64,000 nt of DNA from Candidatus Multivoradales bacterium (GTDB lineage Bacteria > Acidobacteriota > Thermoanaerobaculia > Multivoradales > J023), in the NCBI GenBank assembly GCA_965248925.1, contig CBDFLE010000006.1, positions 1,568,001 through 1,632,000 on the forward strand, in the 5' to 3' direction. A program made the position numbers and the translations under genes. The number at the start of each line of letters is the position of its first letter. Positions within the stretch are counted from its first letter, which is position 1. Shown piece by piece: positions 1-10,861 of the stretch. Under the pieces are notes generated by a model. It saw only the letters and a program-made list of their open reading frames with translations, was not told where the DNA came from and searched no databases.

Positions 1-452
1 CGCCGTCGAGTGTAGGCAGCCAACCGAGAGTTGGATTCCAAGGCCACCAAGATCTGTGGATCGGCGAGAATCGCTTCCTGCCGCAGCACCAACATTTCTT
101 GCAGCTCGGCGTCGAGCACCGGCGCCAGCTCACGCAGCAGATCAGGGGCTACGTCGCGACGCTGCAGTACAGCGCGCAGCACCTCGGGATGGGGTACGCG
201 GGTGGCGAAATAGCGTAGCTCAGCGGCTCCCGCCGGACCCTCGAGAAAGGCCACCGCAACGCCAGGATCGATCGCCGACAGCGCCTGGCGCGCATGACCG
301 GCGACTTCTGGATCTGGACTCCGGGTCAGGCCAACTTGAATCGGCAGCAACACCTCAGGTTCCAGCGGCACCAATCCAGAGGCTGCCAAGACCTGCAGCT
401 GGCGGCTGCGGCCCGAGAGAATCTGCTCGAGCAGAATGTCGCTTTCGCTCAT
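1..452 (-). CDS. Conserved hypothetical helical protein, 3' part outside the window (not in the ORF track)
   Basis: ATG at 452, just after the rodZ-like stop; open frame MSESDILLEQILSGRSRQLQVLAASGLVPL...ALESNSRLAAYTRR runs to the window edge. Confidence 0.75.
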   Translation of the reverse strand, partial: MSESDILLEQILSGRSRQLQVLAASGLVPLEPEVLLPIQVGLTRSPDPEVAGHARQALSAIDPGVAVAFLEGPAGAAELRYFATRVPHPEVLRAVLQRRDVAPDLLRELAPVLDAELQEMLVLRQEAILADPQILVALESNSRLAAYTRR

Positions 453-459
453 GGCTCGA

Positions 460-1347
460 TCACGGTTCAGCAGCCATGAGAGAGGCCACCGTGTCGAGAT
501 CGATCTTCAAATTTTTCAGCACTTTGCCACGGCTGATCGGCAGCGAGAAAGTGCGTTCATTGACCTCGACCCCGGCCACTCCAGCATCACCAAAGGTCAA
601 CTGCACCTCACGTTCGGCGTTGAGTTGTAGCGACTCGCCCTGCACCCGAATTTCGCTCAGTGCCCGGACGCCATCGATCCACGCTTCGACCCAACATTGA
701 CCAGTGAAATCGACCGTCACTCGCAGCGGCGCGAGCACAGGCGCCACACCCTCAGCCATCGGCCGAGCACCGGCAGCATCGACTTTCGGCGACGCCCCCA
801 ACGCGGCCGGGGTCGACGTTGCCGCCACCTCACCCGCAGCTGCTGCTGCCGAAACGGGTGGCACCACCGAACTCGGTACCGCCACCGGCGAAGAGGCGGG
901 CTCTTCACCTTGGCGACGATCGTTGTACCAACTGAGCAAGTAGACCACCAGCAGCAGCAGGGCGACCGCCGCGATCGCCATCAAATAGGCCCATATAGGG
1001 GTGCGGCGAACCGATCTGCGCGGCTCTACCTGCGTCTCCTCGCTGTCGCCAGCGCGGCGGGCAAGGTCGAAGAAATTGACCGCCTCCTCCGGCTCCAAAC
1101 CAATATAGCGAGCGTATTGGCCCAAGAATCCCCGAGCAAATACCAACGACGGTAGAACCTCGAATTTCTCTTCCTCGAAGGCCTGCAGGTAGCGCAAGCT
1201 GATCTTGGTGGAATCGGCGATCTCTCGCAGGGTAATCTCTCGGCCTTCGCGCTGACAGCGCAGCCAAGTACCAAAGCCTTGCCCCTCGGGGTCAAGGGCC
1301 GCGGAAGTTTCGTCGCTCTGGTTTCCAGTTGGTCGGCTTTCGGTCAT
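460..1347 (-). CDS. rodZ: RodZ-like protein (XRE HTH, TM helix, DUF4115-like C-terminus)
   Basis: FGTWLRCQREGREITLREIADSTKISLRYLQAFEEE, FARGFLGQYARYIGL, one TM, C-terminal CWVEAWIDG...GDAG; start uncertain (1347 or 1365). Confidence 0.85.
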   Translation of the reverse strand: MTESRPTGNQSDETSAALDPEGQGFGTWLRCQREGREITLREIADSTKISLRYLQAFEEEKFEVLPSLVFARGFLGQYARYIGLEPEEAVNFFDLARRAGDSEETQVEPRRSVRRTPIWAYLMAIAAVALLLLVVYLLSWYNDRRQGEEPASSPVAVPSSVVPPVSAAAAAGEVAATSTPAALGASPKVDAAGARPMAEGVAPVLAPLRVTVDFTGQCWVEAWIDGVRALSEIRVQGESLQLNAEREVQLTFGDAGVAGVEVNERTFSLPISRGKVLKNLKIDLDTVASLMAAEP

Positions 1348-1752
1348 CCATCCACGCCTCTTCACAAGCTCTCGACCGGTGATCGACTCAGTCGTTCTCT
1401 ACCGACGGTTCGCCATCTTCGCGCCTTGCTTCTAGCGGTTGATTCTACTCAGTTTAGCAGAACGTCTCCAGCCCGAAAGTGAGTCCGCCGGGTAACCCCC
1501 GAGGACCTCTGCCGTCGAGCACATAGTTGCCTCCCCGACAAGCCACTCAAGAAGGCCAGAATCCTCCAGCAAAAGGGCGGGCCGAGCCCTCCATCACCTG
1601 CCAGTATCCGCTGCGAGCCAACATCCTGCCCCGTCCGGCTTGCCTTTCGACCTCAATTGCCTTTACCTTAACGGGAAATCCCGACATCTGGCGGCAATGC
1701 GCGAGCACACCGTAGAAAGTAACCAGCCTCGATCTGATACTTTGGGAGAGTC

Positions 1753-3837
1753 ATGAGCATTCCAAGCGAAATCAAAGAACTCCTCAACGCCGCTAACTTC
1801 GACGCGGTCGAGGAAGCATGGCTCAACCGCCTCAACGATCGGCTGTTCGATTTGCGCTGGTTCTCCAGTGTCGCCCGCGCCTTGGCTCGCGCTGGCGACC
1901 ATGAACGCACCCAGCTGCTGGTCGGCCTGCTCGATGAGCATCTGGCCGACGATGAAAAATGGAGCACCCGGCTGGAGATGTTGCGCAGCGATGGTCAGCT
2001 GATGCAGCCCCAGACCGGCAAGCTGCACGAGATCATTCTCGAGACCCTGGAGAAACTCTACGGCGAAAAAAGCAGCTATCAGCAGATGGTCGACAAAGTG
2101 GGTCTAAGCAAAGCCATCGACGACATTCCCAAGACCTGGAAGAAAGTCGACCGACTGGTAACCCTTCTGACCTACGACATCGGCTCGATCGTGCTGATGG
2201 AAGGCAAGGGCGCCGGCCAGGTCATCGACATCAACATGGCGCTGGAGAGCTTTAAGATCGACTTCGAGAGCCATCCCGGCCTGCTAGTGGGCTTCCGTGC
2301 CGCCGGTAAGATGCTTCAGCCCCTCGATCCTGGCCACTTGCTGCGGCGCAAATTCGAACAGCCCGAGGCCCTCGCCAAACTGCGCGACGAGTCGCCGGCA
2401 GAACTACTGCGCGCCTTGCTAGGCAGCTACGACGGACCCCGCACCGGCGCCGAGATTCGCCGCGATCTGGCCGGCATCGTCGCCGACAACAAATGGAATA
2501 GCTGGTGGTCCGCGGCGCGCAAGCATCCGCAAGTGATGATCGAAGCCAAGGGCCGCCGTGCTTACCGCTGGGCGGAGTCCACCGAGGACGCCGAAGACGC
2601 TGTATGGCTGAGCTTCGAGGCCGCTAAACCACGCGCCCAGATCGACTTGCTGCGGCGCGAAGGAAGTCGCGAACGACACCTGAAGGAACGCATGTCACAG
2701 CGACTGGCAGCGACCGCCGCCAAGGTCTTGGCCGAAGAACCAGGCCTGGCAGCAGAGATCTGGTTTGCCCTCGATCGCCACGGCAAGCTACCCGCCACCG
2801 AGCCTTCGTGGTCACCCCACGCATCGATTCCCGCATCCAGCGACGCCAACCAGCTGATTCGTGGCATGCAAGATCGGGCGCGGCGCGAGAGCGGGTACGA
2901 GATCGCCCGTCGAACCCGTCAAGACTGGGGCGAGATCTTCGCCTCCGCGCTGTGGCACGAAAGCGAGTCGCGCTCCTTGGACTACTTGTCGAGCCAGCTG
3001 GTCGAAGGAGCGCCGCAGCTCTTCGACAGCTTCTTCGATCAAGCTCTGAGCCAACCCCGCAAAGGCCCAGCAGCTTTCGCTTGGCTCGCCGAACGCTCAG
3101 CAGAGAAAGAAGCTTGGCAACAGCGCAACTCACTACGTTTGCTGCAGCAGATCCTATGGGCTCTCGACAGTCCTGATTTTGCCCCCTATCGCACCCGCCT
3201 GGTCAATCTTTGCGAGTCCGGCGGCACTTTGCCGCGGCTGCTCAACCACCTCAGCGAAGACCAAGCTGAGCGCGCCCTCGAGTCGATCGACAAGGCAGGC
3301 GGTCTGGCCGAATACCAGCGCGAACCGCTGGTCAGTGCCATCGAGCTACGCTTCTCCAGCCTGCGGAAAGAAGACCAGGCACCGCTCTACGCTACCGCTG
3401 AAGCGATCGAGAACAAGCGGGCCGAGCTCAAGAACCTGGCGGAGGTGGAGATCCCCACCAATCGGCAGGCGATCGAAGAAGCCCGCGCCATGGGCGACTT
3501 GCGCGAGAACTTCGAGTACAAAGCAGCTCGCCAACGCCATGAATACCTGTCGGCGCGGGCCGCCGCGCTGAGCGGTGATCTCACTCGTGTACGGCCGATC
3601 GATGTCTCCGTGGTGTCCGGCAAGGAGGTGGTGATCGGCAGCCGAACGACCCTCGAGACCGAGGGTGGGGGCCGGATCGTCACCATCCTGGGCCCGTGGA
3701 ATAGCGAGCCCGAGAAAGACATCCTGTCGAACGAGTCAGATCTCGCCAAAGCAATGCTCGGCGCCAAGCCGGGCGACAAGGTCGAGCTACCGGACGGTGT
3801 GACTTACAAGATCGCCAGCATCGAGCCCTACATCTGA
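1753..3837 (+). CDS. greA: GreA/GreB-family transcription elongation factor with a long N-terminal extension
   Basis: C-terminal IEEARAMGDLRENFEYKAAR, VVIGS, TILGPW, LAKAMLG; RBS GGGAG. Confidence 0.85.
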   Translation: MSIPSEIKELLNAANFDAVEEAWLNRLNDRLFDLRWFSSVARALARAGDHERTQLLVGLLDEHLADDEKWSTRLEMLRSDGQLMQPQTGKLHEIILETLEKLYGEKSSYQQMVDKVGLSKAIDDIPKTWKKVDRLVTLLTYDIGSIVLMEGKGAGQVIDINMALESFKIDFESHPGLLVGFRAAGKMLQPLDPGHLLRRKFEQPEALAKLRDESPAELLRALLGSYDGPRTGAEIRRDLAGIVADNKWNSWWSAARKHPQVMIEAKGRRAYRWAESTEDAEDAVWLSFEAAKPRAQIDLLRREGSRERHLKERMSQRLAATAAKVLAEEPGLAAEIWFALDRHGKLPATEPSWSPHASIPASSDANQLIRGMQDRARRESGYEIARRTRQDWGEIFASALWHESESRSLDYLSSQLVEGAPQLFDSFFDQALSQPRKGPAAFAWLAERSAEKEAWQQRNSLRLLQQILWALDSPDFAPYRTRLVNLCESGGTLPRLLNHLSEDQAERALESIDKAGGLAEYQREPLVSAIELRFSSLRKEDQAPLYATAEAIENKRAELKNLAEVEIPTNRQAIEEARAMGDLRENFEYKAARQRHEYLSARAAALSGDLTRVRPIDVSVVSGKEVVIGSRTTLETEGGGRIVTILGPWNSEPEKDILSNESDLAKAMLGAKPGDKVELPDGVTYKIASIEPYI

Positions 3838-3849
3838 GCCACCGGCCGC

Positions 3850-6687
3850 TCAGGCGGTGGTTGCCCGACCGGCACGCTTGAGCAGCCGGCCGAGGTAGCG
3901 GCCGGTATGACTGCCAACGACTTCGGCCACCTGCTCAGGGGTGCCTTGAGCCACAAGCTCCCCCCCTCCCGCGCCACCTTCCGGACCGAGGTCGAGGAGC
4001 CAGTCGGCAGTCTTGATGACCTCCAGATTGTGCTCCACTACGATCACCGTATTGCCCTTGTCAACCAGCTGTTGCAGCACCTCGAGTAGCTTGCGAATAT
4101 CCTCGAAATGCAGCCCGGTGGTCGGCTCATCAAGCAAATAAAGAGTGCGCCCGGAAGCCCGTTTCGACAACTCCGTGGCCAACTTGACTCGTTGCGCCTC
4201 GCCGCCCGACAGGGTGGTCGCCGGCTGGCCGAGGCGGATATAACCCAGGCCAACAGCGTTGAGGGTGCCGAGAATCCGCGCCACCGGCGGAATGTTCTCG
4301 AACACCTCGAGCGCCTGCTCGACCGACAGGGCCAGAATCTCGGCAATATTCAACCCGCGATAGCGTACCGCCAGAGTCTCGCGGTCGTAGCGCTTGCCGC
4401 CACAGACCTCGCAGGTGACATAGATATCGGGCAAAAAGTGCATCTCGATCTTGTTCTGACCGTCGCCGCTGCAGGCCTCGCAGCGCCCCCCCTTGACGTT
4501 GAATGAGAAACGCCCCGGCAGGTAGCCGCGGGTCCGCGCCTCCTGAGTCTTGGCCATCAGACTGCGAATATGGCCGAAGACCTGGGTGTAAGTCGCCGGG
4601 TTGGAACGCGGAGTGCGACCAATCGGACTCTGATCGATCGAAATCACCTTGTCGAGATACTTGAGCCCGAGCAGCTCATCATGGGCCCCGGAACGTTCGC
4701 GAGAACGGTAGAAATGCTGCGCCAGAGCACGGTGCAAGATATCGCTCACCAGGCTGCTCTTGCCCGAGCCCGACACCCCGGTCACCACCGTCAAGCGACC
4801 GATCGGAAAAGCCGCGTCAATACCCTGCAAGTTGTTGTGCCGTGCCCCCTTGACGATCAGCCGCTTCTCCAACTCTGGCGGCCGCCGTTGGGGAATCGGT
4901 ATCGCCAACTCACCGCTGAGGTACTTGCCCGTCAGACCCAAAGATCCTGCTTCGAGATCCTCTGGGGTGCCCTCGGCAACCACCTCGCCACCGTGAATGC
5001 CAGCCCCCGGACCGAGGTCAAGCACCCAATCGGCAGCACGAATAGTGTCCTCATCGTGCTCGACCACCAGCACCGAATTGCCCAGGTCGCGCATTTCGCG
5101 CAAAGTGCTGATCAAGCGCTCGTTATCGCGTTGGTGCAGGCCGATGGAGGGCTCGTCGAGGACATAGAGCACCCCCATCAACTTGGAACCGATCTGGGTC
5201 GCCAAGCGAATACGCTGGCTCTCGCCCCCCGACAAAGTAGCCGAAGAGCGGTCCAGGGTGAGGTAGCCGACCCCCACATCACGCAAAAAACCGAGCCGAT
5301 CGCGGATCTCCTGCAACACCTTGGTGACAATTACCACCTGCCGTTCAGTGAGCTGAAAATCACCCACCACCTCGAGCAACTCCCACACCGGCAGGGCCAA
5401 CAAATGATCGATCGAATGCCCCGACACAGTGACCGCCAGAGCCTCCGGACGCAACCGCCGCCCAGCGCAAGCCGGGCACGAATGCACCGACATGTACTTC
5501 TCAATTTCACTCCGCACCGACGCCGACTCGGTCTCCCGGTAGCGGCGATCGAGCCGCGTCACCAGACCTTCAAACGAACCCTTCCACTGGTAGCGAGAGC
5601 GCTTGCCTACGAAACTGAACTCCAGTTCCCGATCACCGCTGCCGTAGAGCAACACCTGACGCACCTTCTTGGTCAGTTTGCACCACGGCTTGTGCAGCGA
5701 AAAGCGCAGCTGCTTAGCCAGCGTCTCGACCATCCGCATCTGGTGCGACGACGAGCCTGCCCGCCATGGTCCCACCGCGCCGGCGGCAATCGAACGCTGC
5801 GGATCTACCACCACCTTGTCCTCATCGACCCCCATCAGCGTGCCCAAGCCAGAGCAAGTCGTACAGGCCCCATACGGGCTGTTGAAGGAGAACAACCGCG
5901 GCGTGATCTCGGTCAGGCCGGTGCCGCAGTCAGCACAGGCATAGCTCTCAGACAGCGTCTCCTCGGGCTGCCCATGGGCGGCGACCAGCACCAGCCCACC
6001 GCCCACCTTGAGCGCTGTTTCGATCGACGACGCCAGTCGTTTCTCGATTCCCGGCTTCACCACCAGCCGGTCGATGACGATGTCGATACTGTGCTTCTTC
6101 TGCTTGTCGAGGGTCGGCGGCTGGCTGGCAAGATCCACCACTTCGCCATCGATACGCGCGCGGATGAAGCCCTCTCGCGCCATCTGCCGCAGCTGCTTGC
6201 GATATTCGCCCTTCTTGCCCCGAATGTAGGGAGCGTAGAGGATCACCCGCGTCTTCTGCTTCAGATTCGCCACCCGATCGACCATCTGTTGGACGGTCTG
6301 AGGCCGGATGACTTGGCCACATTGCGGGCAGTGCGGCTCACCCACCGAAGCGTAGAGCAGGCGCAGGTAGTCTTGAATCTCGGTCACCGTGCCGACCGTC
6401 GAGCGCGGGTTCTTCGACACCGATTTCTGCTCAATAGAAATCGCCGGCGACAACCCCTCGATAGCGTCGACATCTGGCTTCTCCATCTGCTGCAAGAACT
6501 GCCGGGCGTAGGTCGAGAGGGATTCGACATAGCGCCGCTGGCCCTCTGCAAAGAGCGTGTCGAAGGCTAGCGAGGACTTGCCAGAGCCCGAGACCCCGGT
6601 CACCACCACCAGGCGATTGCGCGGGATCTCGACATCGATGTTGCGTAGGTTGTGCTCGCGGGCACCGCGTACTGTGATCTTGTCCAT
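3850..6687 (-). CDS. uvrA: Excinuclease ABC subunit A
   Basis: [14 protein letters not shown] start; two [10 protein letters not shown] Walker A motifs, LSGGE signatures, CxxC zinc fingers. Confidence 0.98.
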   Translation of the reverse strand: MDKITVRGAREHNLRNIDVEIPRNRLVVVTGVSGSGKSSLAFDTLFAEGQRRYVESLSTYARQFLQQMEKPDVDAIEGLSPAISIEQKSVSKNPRSTVGTVTEIQDYLRLLYASVGEPHCPQCGQVIRPQTVQQMVDRVANLKQKTRVILYAPYIRGKKGEYRKQLRQMAREGFIRARIDGEVVDLASQPPTLDKQKKHSIDIVIDRLVVKPGIEKRLASSIETALKVGGGLVLVAAHGQPEETLSESYACADCGTGLTEITPRLFSFNSPYGACTTCSGLGTLMGVDEDKVVVDPQRSIAAGAVGPWRAGSSSHQMRMVETLAKQLRFSLHKPWCKLTKKVRQVLLYGSGDRELEFSFVGKRSRYQWKGSFEGLVTRLDRRYRETESASVRSEIEKYMSVHSCPACAGRRLRPEALAVTVSGHSIDHLLALPVWELLEVVGDFQLTERQVVIVTKVLQEIRDRLGFLRDVGVGYLTLDRSSATLSGGESQRIRLATQIGSKLMGVLYVLDEPSIGLHQRDNERLISTLREMRDLGNSVLVVEHDEDTIRAADWVLDLGPGAGIHGGEVVAEGTPEDLEAGSLGLTGKYLSGELAIPIPQRRPPELEKRLIVKGARHNNLQGIDAAFPIGRLTVVTGVSGSGKSSLVSDILHRALAQHFYRSRERSGAHDELLGLKYLDKVISIDQSPIGRTPRSNPATYTQVFGHIRSLMAKTQEARTRGYLPGRFSFNVKGGRCEACSGDGQNKIEMHFLPDIYVTCEVCGGKRYDRETLAVRYRGLNIAEILALSVEQALEVFENIPPVARILGTLNAVGLGYIRLGQPATTLSGGEAQRVKLATELSKRASGRTLYLLDEPTTGLHFEDIRKLLEVLQQLVDKGNTVIVVEHNLEVIKTADWLLDLGPEGGAGGGELVAQGTPEQVAEVVGSHTGRYLGRLLKRAGRATTA

Positions 6688-6811
6688 CGGGACGACAGAC
6701 TCTAGCCGATTCATCGGCAGCTGGCCAGATACGACAAAGGTCCGGAGCCCGCCTTGCGGCATCCCTCCGGACCTCGATTGTCTTGAGCAAGCGACAATTG
6801 ACTCCTCGGAC

Positions 6812-7042
6812 TTAGCCCACCGGACCGCCCGGGTCGTCCTCGTCACACTCGATGTTCTGAGCGTCAATAGCATCTAACAGCAAATTGCTGCAAACGTCGA
6901 GCTGCGCCTCGGTGATCTCAAGATGGAGATCGATGTCGTCACTGAACACACCACATTGCGGTGGCGTGCCGAGGTGGATAGCACCGACCAGATCACCACT
7001 AATGACTTCGATAGAGTCGGTGCTGATCTCACAGCTATAGAT
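6812..7042 (-). pseudogene. Startless remnant of an acidic Cys-containing protein
   Basis: 77-codon protein-like frame IYSCEISTDSIEV...[49 protein letters not shown], preceded by an in-frame TAG, no usable start. Confidence 0.4.
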
Positions 7043-7257
7043 CTAGGTAGATAGATCTGGGTTCTCCTGAAGACACTGCCAGCTAGTGAATTACAGGAGA
7101 CCCCACCCTCCAGAGAGCCCGAGTGGTCTTCAACTACAACGCCAGAGTTCCCTCCCCCGGACTTCCATGTGCAGTGCCTGCCACGACTCGTGGTGGGGAT
7201 CGAGTCCGCAAGCAACCACCCTCCCACGCTCGTCGGTCTACTCAACGGCGATACGGG

Positions 7258-7289
7258 GAAGAGATTCAGATCAGCTTTGAATCTGATCA
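7258..7289 (-). promoter_or_regulatory. Candidate ECF-type promoter TGATCAGATTC-N15-CTCTTC (copy 1)
   Basis: Same two boxes and spacing as 34546-34577. Confidence 0.5.
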
Positions 7290-7410
7290 TTTCTCCTGCC
7301 TAAAATCCCTGACCTTGGCCATCACTCCAACGTCGCGAGCCGCGCGAAAAAATTCTATTTCTTGCATCGAGAATGAGGGAATCCAACCTACTAATCCGCC
7401 TCTTTAAGCA

Positions 7411-7583
7411 GAGGAACCGCGGTCCCGAGCTTGCCGTCCTCGGACGGGAGGCTTTCGGCGGCCAGCCAGCTGCTCCGCGAGCACTGGCAGCTGCCGAAGC
7501 AGGGACACAAATCCTCGACCCCAGTTTGCCTCCGCGGTAGGAGAGACAACGGCCACGTCGGCCGGCCGCGGAGGTCATTTTTT
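7411..7583 (+). other. Highly structured intergenic element ending in a terminator-like hairpin
   Basis: Nested complementary pairs GAGGA/TCCTC, GTCCC/GGGAC, CCGTCC/GGACGG, TTCGGCGGC/GCTGCCGAA, then CCTCCGCGG/CCGCGGAGG followed by a T6 run. Confidence 0.4.
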
Positions 7584-7661
7584 GCCCTCAAACCTCCCCT
7601 TGCCTCCCCTCTCACCCCACCAGACTCTGCCGGCGACTTGCGCACCGCCAGCGGTGAATAA

Positions 7662-7930
7662 CTGCACCTGGACGACTTTGGTACCGGCTACGCTTCGCTC
7701 AGCTATCTGCGGCAATTTCCCTGCCGAGCGATCAAGATCGACCGCAGCTTCCTCACTCAAGACGGCAACAGATCCTCAACAGCATGGTCAGTTTGGCGCG
7801 AGTTCTGGGACTCGGAGTGACCGCCGAAGGAGTTGAAACTGAGGCCCAGCTCGACCGCGTCCGCCAGCTCGGCTGCGACCACGCCCAAGGCTATCTACTA
7901 GCCCGGCCCCTCGACGCCACCGCGATCTAG
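7662..7930 (+). pseudogene. EAL (c-di-GMP phosphodiesterase) domain remnant
   Basis: [30 protein letters not shown], frameshift near 7766, then [48 protein letters not shown]; TAA immediately upstream. Confidence 0.9.
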
Positions 7931-8016
7931 ACATTGATCGAGGGCGATCTGCCGCTGTGCTAAGAAGGTGTCTTGGCAGATTGTGCGTGGGACCTGCCCA
8001 GCATCGTTGGCACAGC

Positions 8017-9912
8017 TCACCGGCGAACGATCTGTCGCTGATCGCCCAACCGACGGGTGGCGCCGATCGAATCTAGGTGCTCGAGCAGCGGGATTGCCCA
8101 CTTGCGGCTGAGGCCGAAGCGCTCCTTGAACTGTGCGACGGTGATCTGATCGAGTCCGCTTTGCTCAAGCTCGTCGCGCAGTCGATCGACCGATCTGGCC
8201 GCCAGCATCAACCCTGAGGAAAGGCGCACCAGCTGACCGCCGTCAAGCAAGTATTTGACCAATCCGGCGACAATTTGTCGCTTGGCGCCAAGTTCTGCGT
8301 CGAGTTGATCGGGGTGGGGTGGGGTCAGTCCAGCAGCTTCGACCCGGGCGAGCAAGTCTTCGGCCAGCCTGGATTCTTCACCGCTCAGCTGAGCCTCGCG
8401 CCCTGGAAGATTGACCCGACCACCGGCGCTCTCGAGCACTTTCTGGGCCGCCAACCAACGGAGGTAGAAGTCGGCGAGTTCGTGGGCTTTCTTGGGCAGC
8501 AGACGCGACAGTAGCTCGGCTTTGGGCATGCTACGCGCCAGACGATCGGCGGCAAAGTAGTCGCTCAGCACCTGCCGAGCCTGTTCGGCAACCCGCTGCA
8601 CGACACGCGGCTCAAGCCAGCGGCGACCACGACCGGAGTCGAGACTCAACAATCGGCCTTCTTTGACCTGCTCGTCGAGGGCAGCACTGGCGCGAGCGGT
8701 CGGCCACCCTAGACGACGGGCGACAACGCTGGCCTCGATCCCCCGCTCAGCACCTTCTGCAACCCACAAACACAATGCCTTGCCGGGCTCACCGAGGGCC
8801 TTGAGCGCCGCCGTCAACTGGCGACCGCGACGGCGGCGCCAACGGGGATCGAGGATCTCCCCACCACCGAGAGTGGTCGCCGGAGAAGGCCGACGCACCA
8901 CGAAGCGATCGCCGCGCACGGCGGTGATGGCCTCTGCCAGGCGAATTTCCACCCAGCCTTCGTCTCCGGGCTCCAGCACCTGGCCACCCAGCGGCCTCAG
9001 CTTGCCGATTACTTCCGAGGAATAGAGGTGGAGGCGCACCGGCACGAAGGACTTCAGTGCTTCCGGAGCGTCTTCGAGCAACGTAAATCTGGCGCAGAGG
9101 CCTTTGCTGGCTTCGAAAGCCCCGGGCGTAGTCAGTTGCACGCCGCGAGCAACCCGCTGCAGATCGATACCGCCCAGTTGGACGGCGGTGCGTTCCCCCG
9201 CCTCGGCCTTGTCGCGGGCGCTACCGTGGACTTCCAAACCACGCACCTTGGCGCTCTCACCGGCTGGCAACACCGCCACCGCCCGCCCGCTCTCTAGAGA
9301 GCCGCTGATCAGCGTGCCGGTGGCGACCACGCCGAGACCTCGGAGGTGGAATGCCCGGTCTATCGGCAGGCGTAAGGGCAGCTCCGGATCGGCCTCCACC
9401 GCAGCTTCTCGTGCCCTGACGAGTAAGGCCCGGCGCAACTCCTCCAGCCCTTCACCCGTGGTGCTCGACACTGGCATCACCGGCGCTCCAGCAAAGGCGG
9501 TGTCGGTGAGCAGCTCTTCGACTTCGAGCTGCGCCAGCTCCAGGAGATCGTCGTCCACCAAATCGCGCTTGGTCAGCGCCACCACGCCACCCTGAATGCC
9601 CAGCAGGCGGCAGATCGCCAAATGTTCGCGGGTTTGTGGCTTGACTCCCTCGTCGGCGGCGACCACCAGCAGCATCAAACGAATGCCGCCGAGACCGGCC
9701 AGAGCATTGTGCAAGAAACGCTCGTGACCAGGTACATCGATAAAACCGACCTGCAAATCGCCGTCTTCGAGATGGGCAAAACCGAGGTCGATGGTGATGC
9801 CCCGCGCCTTCTCCTCGGCCCAACGGTCGCAGTCGGTGCCGGTGAGGGCTTCGAGCAGGCGGGTCTTGCCGTGGTCGATGTGACCCGCGGTACCGATGAT
9901 GACGCGCTGCAT
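8017..9912 (-). CDS. selB: Selenocysteine-specific elongation factor
   Basis: [31 protein letters not shown]; C-terminal winged helix [14 protein letters not shown]. Confidence 0.96.
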   Translation of the reverse strand: MQRVIIGTAGHIDHGKTRLLEALTGTDCDRWAEEKARGITIDLGFAHLEDGDLQVGFIDVPGHERFLHNALAGLGGIRLMLLVVAADEGVKPQTREHLAICRLLGIQGGVVALTKRDLVDDDLLELAQLEVEELLTDTAFAGAPVMPVSSTTGEGLEELRRALLVRAREAAVEADPELPLRLPIDRAFHLRGLGVVATGTLISGSLESGRAVAVLPAGESAKVRGLEVHGSARDKAEAGERTAVQLGGIDLQRVARGVQLTTPGAFEASKGLCARFTLLEDAPEALKSFVPVRLHLYSSEVIGKLRPLGGQVLEPGDEGWVEIRLAEAITAVRGDRFVVRRPSPATTLGGGEILDPRWRRRRGRQLTAALKALGEPGKALCLWVAEGAERGIEASVVARRLGWPTARASAALDEQVKEGRLLSLDSGRGRRWLEPRVVQRVAEQARQVLSDYFAADRLARSMPKAELLSRLLPKKAHELADFYLRWLAAQKVLESAGGRVNLPGREAQLSGEESRLAEDLLARVEAAGLTPPHPDQLDAELGAKRQIVAGLVKYLLDGGQLVRLSSGLMLAARSVDRLRDELEQSGLDQITVAQFKERFGLSRKWAIPLLEHLDSIGATRRLGDQRQIVRR

Positions 9913-9963
9913 GGCAAGCAAAAGGCGACGATTAGAGGTTTGGAAGGTAGCAGTGCTGGCGAG

Positions 9964-10413
9964 CTAGCCCGCCAGCACCTCGCGGGCGATGCGGCTGATG
10001 GTCGAGCCACTAGCGGTGGCACCGAAGCGCGACAACATCGCCTTCATGATCGCGCCCATCGCTTGCAAGCCGGTCATCCCTTCGCTCTGGACCAGCTCGG
10101 TGATGGCTTGCCGGATCTCGTCTTCGCCGACCTGCTGTGGCAAATACTCGGACAAGATCTCGGCTTCGCGCTCTTCCTTCTCGGCCAGCTCGACGCGATC
10201 GCCCTTGCGGAATTGTTCGGCGGCCTCCTTGCGCTGCTTGACACTGCGTTGCAGCAAGCGGATGAAGCCGTCGGAATCGACCTCTTCCCGGCGCTGGATC
10301 TGGTCGTTCTTGATCGCTGTCAGCAGCATTCTCAAAGTCGCCAAGCGCTCTGGCTGACGCGCTTTCATGGCTGTCTTGAGATCGGCTTGGATACGTTCTT
10401 GGGGGGTGCTCAT
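9964..10413 (-). CDS. GatB/YqeY domain protein
   Basis: IQADLKTAMKAR, LATLRML, VKQRKEAAEQF, EAEILSEYLPQQ, MGAIMK. Confidence 0.92.
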   Translation of the reverse strand: MSTPQERIQADLKTAMKARQPERLATLRMLLTAIKNDQIQRREEVDSDGFIRLLQRSVKQRKEAAEQFRKGDRVELAEKEEREAEILSEYLPQQVGEDEIRQAITELVQSEGMTGLQAMGAIMKAMLSRFGATASGSTISRIAREVLAG

Positions 10414-10642
10414 GAGATGCCGATTATAACCATGCTGGAGGACTGTGCTACCTTGGGACCGTCCGTTACAGAATTCTCCATGGCGCTCCCACCCGCGGGC
10501 GGGGTGCCAGCGGTAAGTGTACCGTTCCTGCACGGGGAAGGCAGGCTTGGAATTTGCCTGCCGCTGGTTTCGGATTCGTTCCCGACGCATGGCTCACCGT
10601 GGATCCGTGCGCGGGCCTCTACCCATAGTCGAAGGAGACCCA

Positions 10643-10813
10643 ATGAACCTGAACGCACCAAAACAGATCACTTGGCTGATCGCTGTCATTCTTGGAGTGG
10701 TGGGTATCGTCGGACACTACGCGGCCCTTGGAGCGATATCTGGCTACTCGTTCGTACTAGTTTGCCTAGGCTTCGTATTGCTCGCCTTGGGAACCCTCCT
10801 GAAGGGACTGTAG
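10643..10813 (+). CDS. Small two-TM membrane protein (56 aa)
   Basis: RBS AAGGAG; MNLNAPKQITWLIAVILGVVG...GFVLLALGTLLKGL. Confidence 0.8.
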   Translation: MNLNAPKQITWLIAVILGVVGIVGHYAALGAISGYSFVLVCLGFVLLALGTLLKGL

Positions 10814-10861
10814 CCAGATTGTACCGGGTCTTCTCGAAGACCCGGCCAAGCCGCCTCGGCG

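Noticed and set aside
4570-6570. 666-aa plus-strand ORF and similar long antisense ORFs (e.g. 9622-10887, 47922-49073, 31489-32397)
   Set aside because: Antisense shadows of well-supported high-GC genes, with no motifs of their own
6688-6873. N-terminal extension of UvrA in the ORF track
   Set aside because: The canonical start is [14 protein letters not shown] at 6687
6874-7290. 138-aa minus-strand ORF
   Set aside because: Non-protein-like composition, RBS only 2 nt from the ATG, and its start lies on the repeated promoter-like motif
7411-7583. c-di-GMP-I, glycine or lysine riboswitch assignment
   Set aside because: Only fragments of the consensus motifs, in the wrong order; kept as an unassigned structure
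7400-10000. tRNA-Sec or a selenoprotein near selB
   Set aside because: No TCA-anticodon cloverleaf or convincing in-frame TGA with SECIS was seen by eye
10414-10642. Possible ncRNA from several GC hairpins
   Set aside because: No family motif or terminator; expected by chance at this GC content
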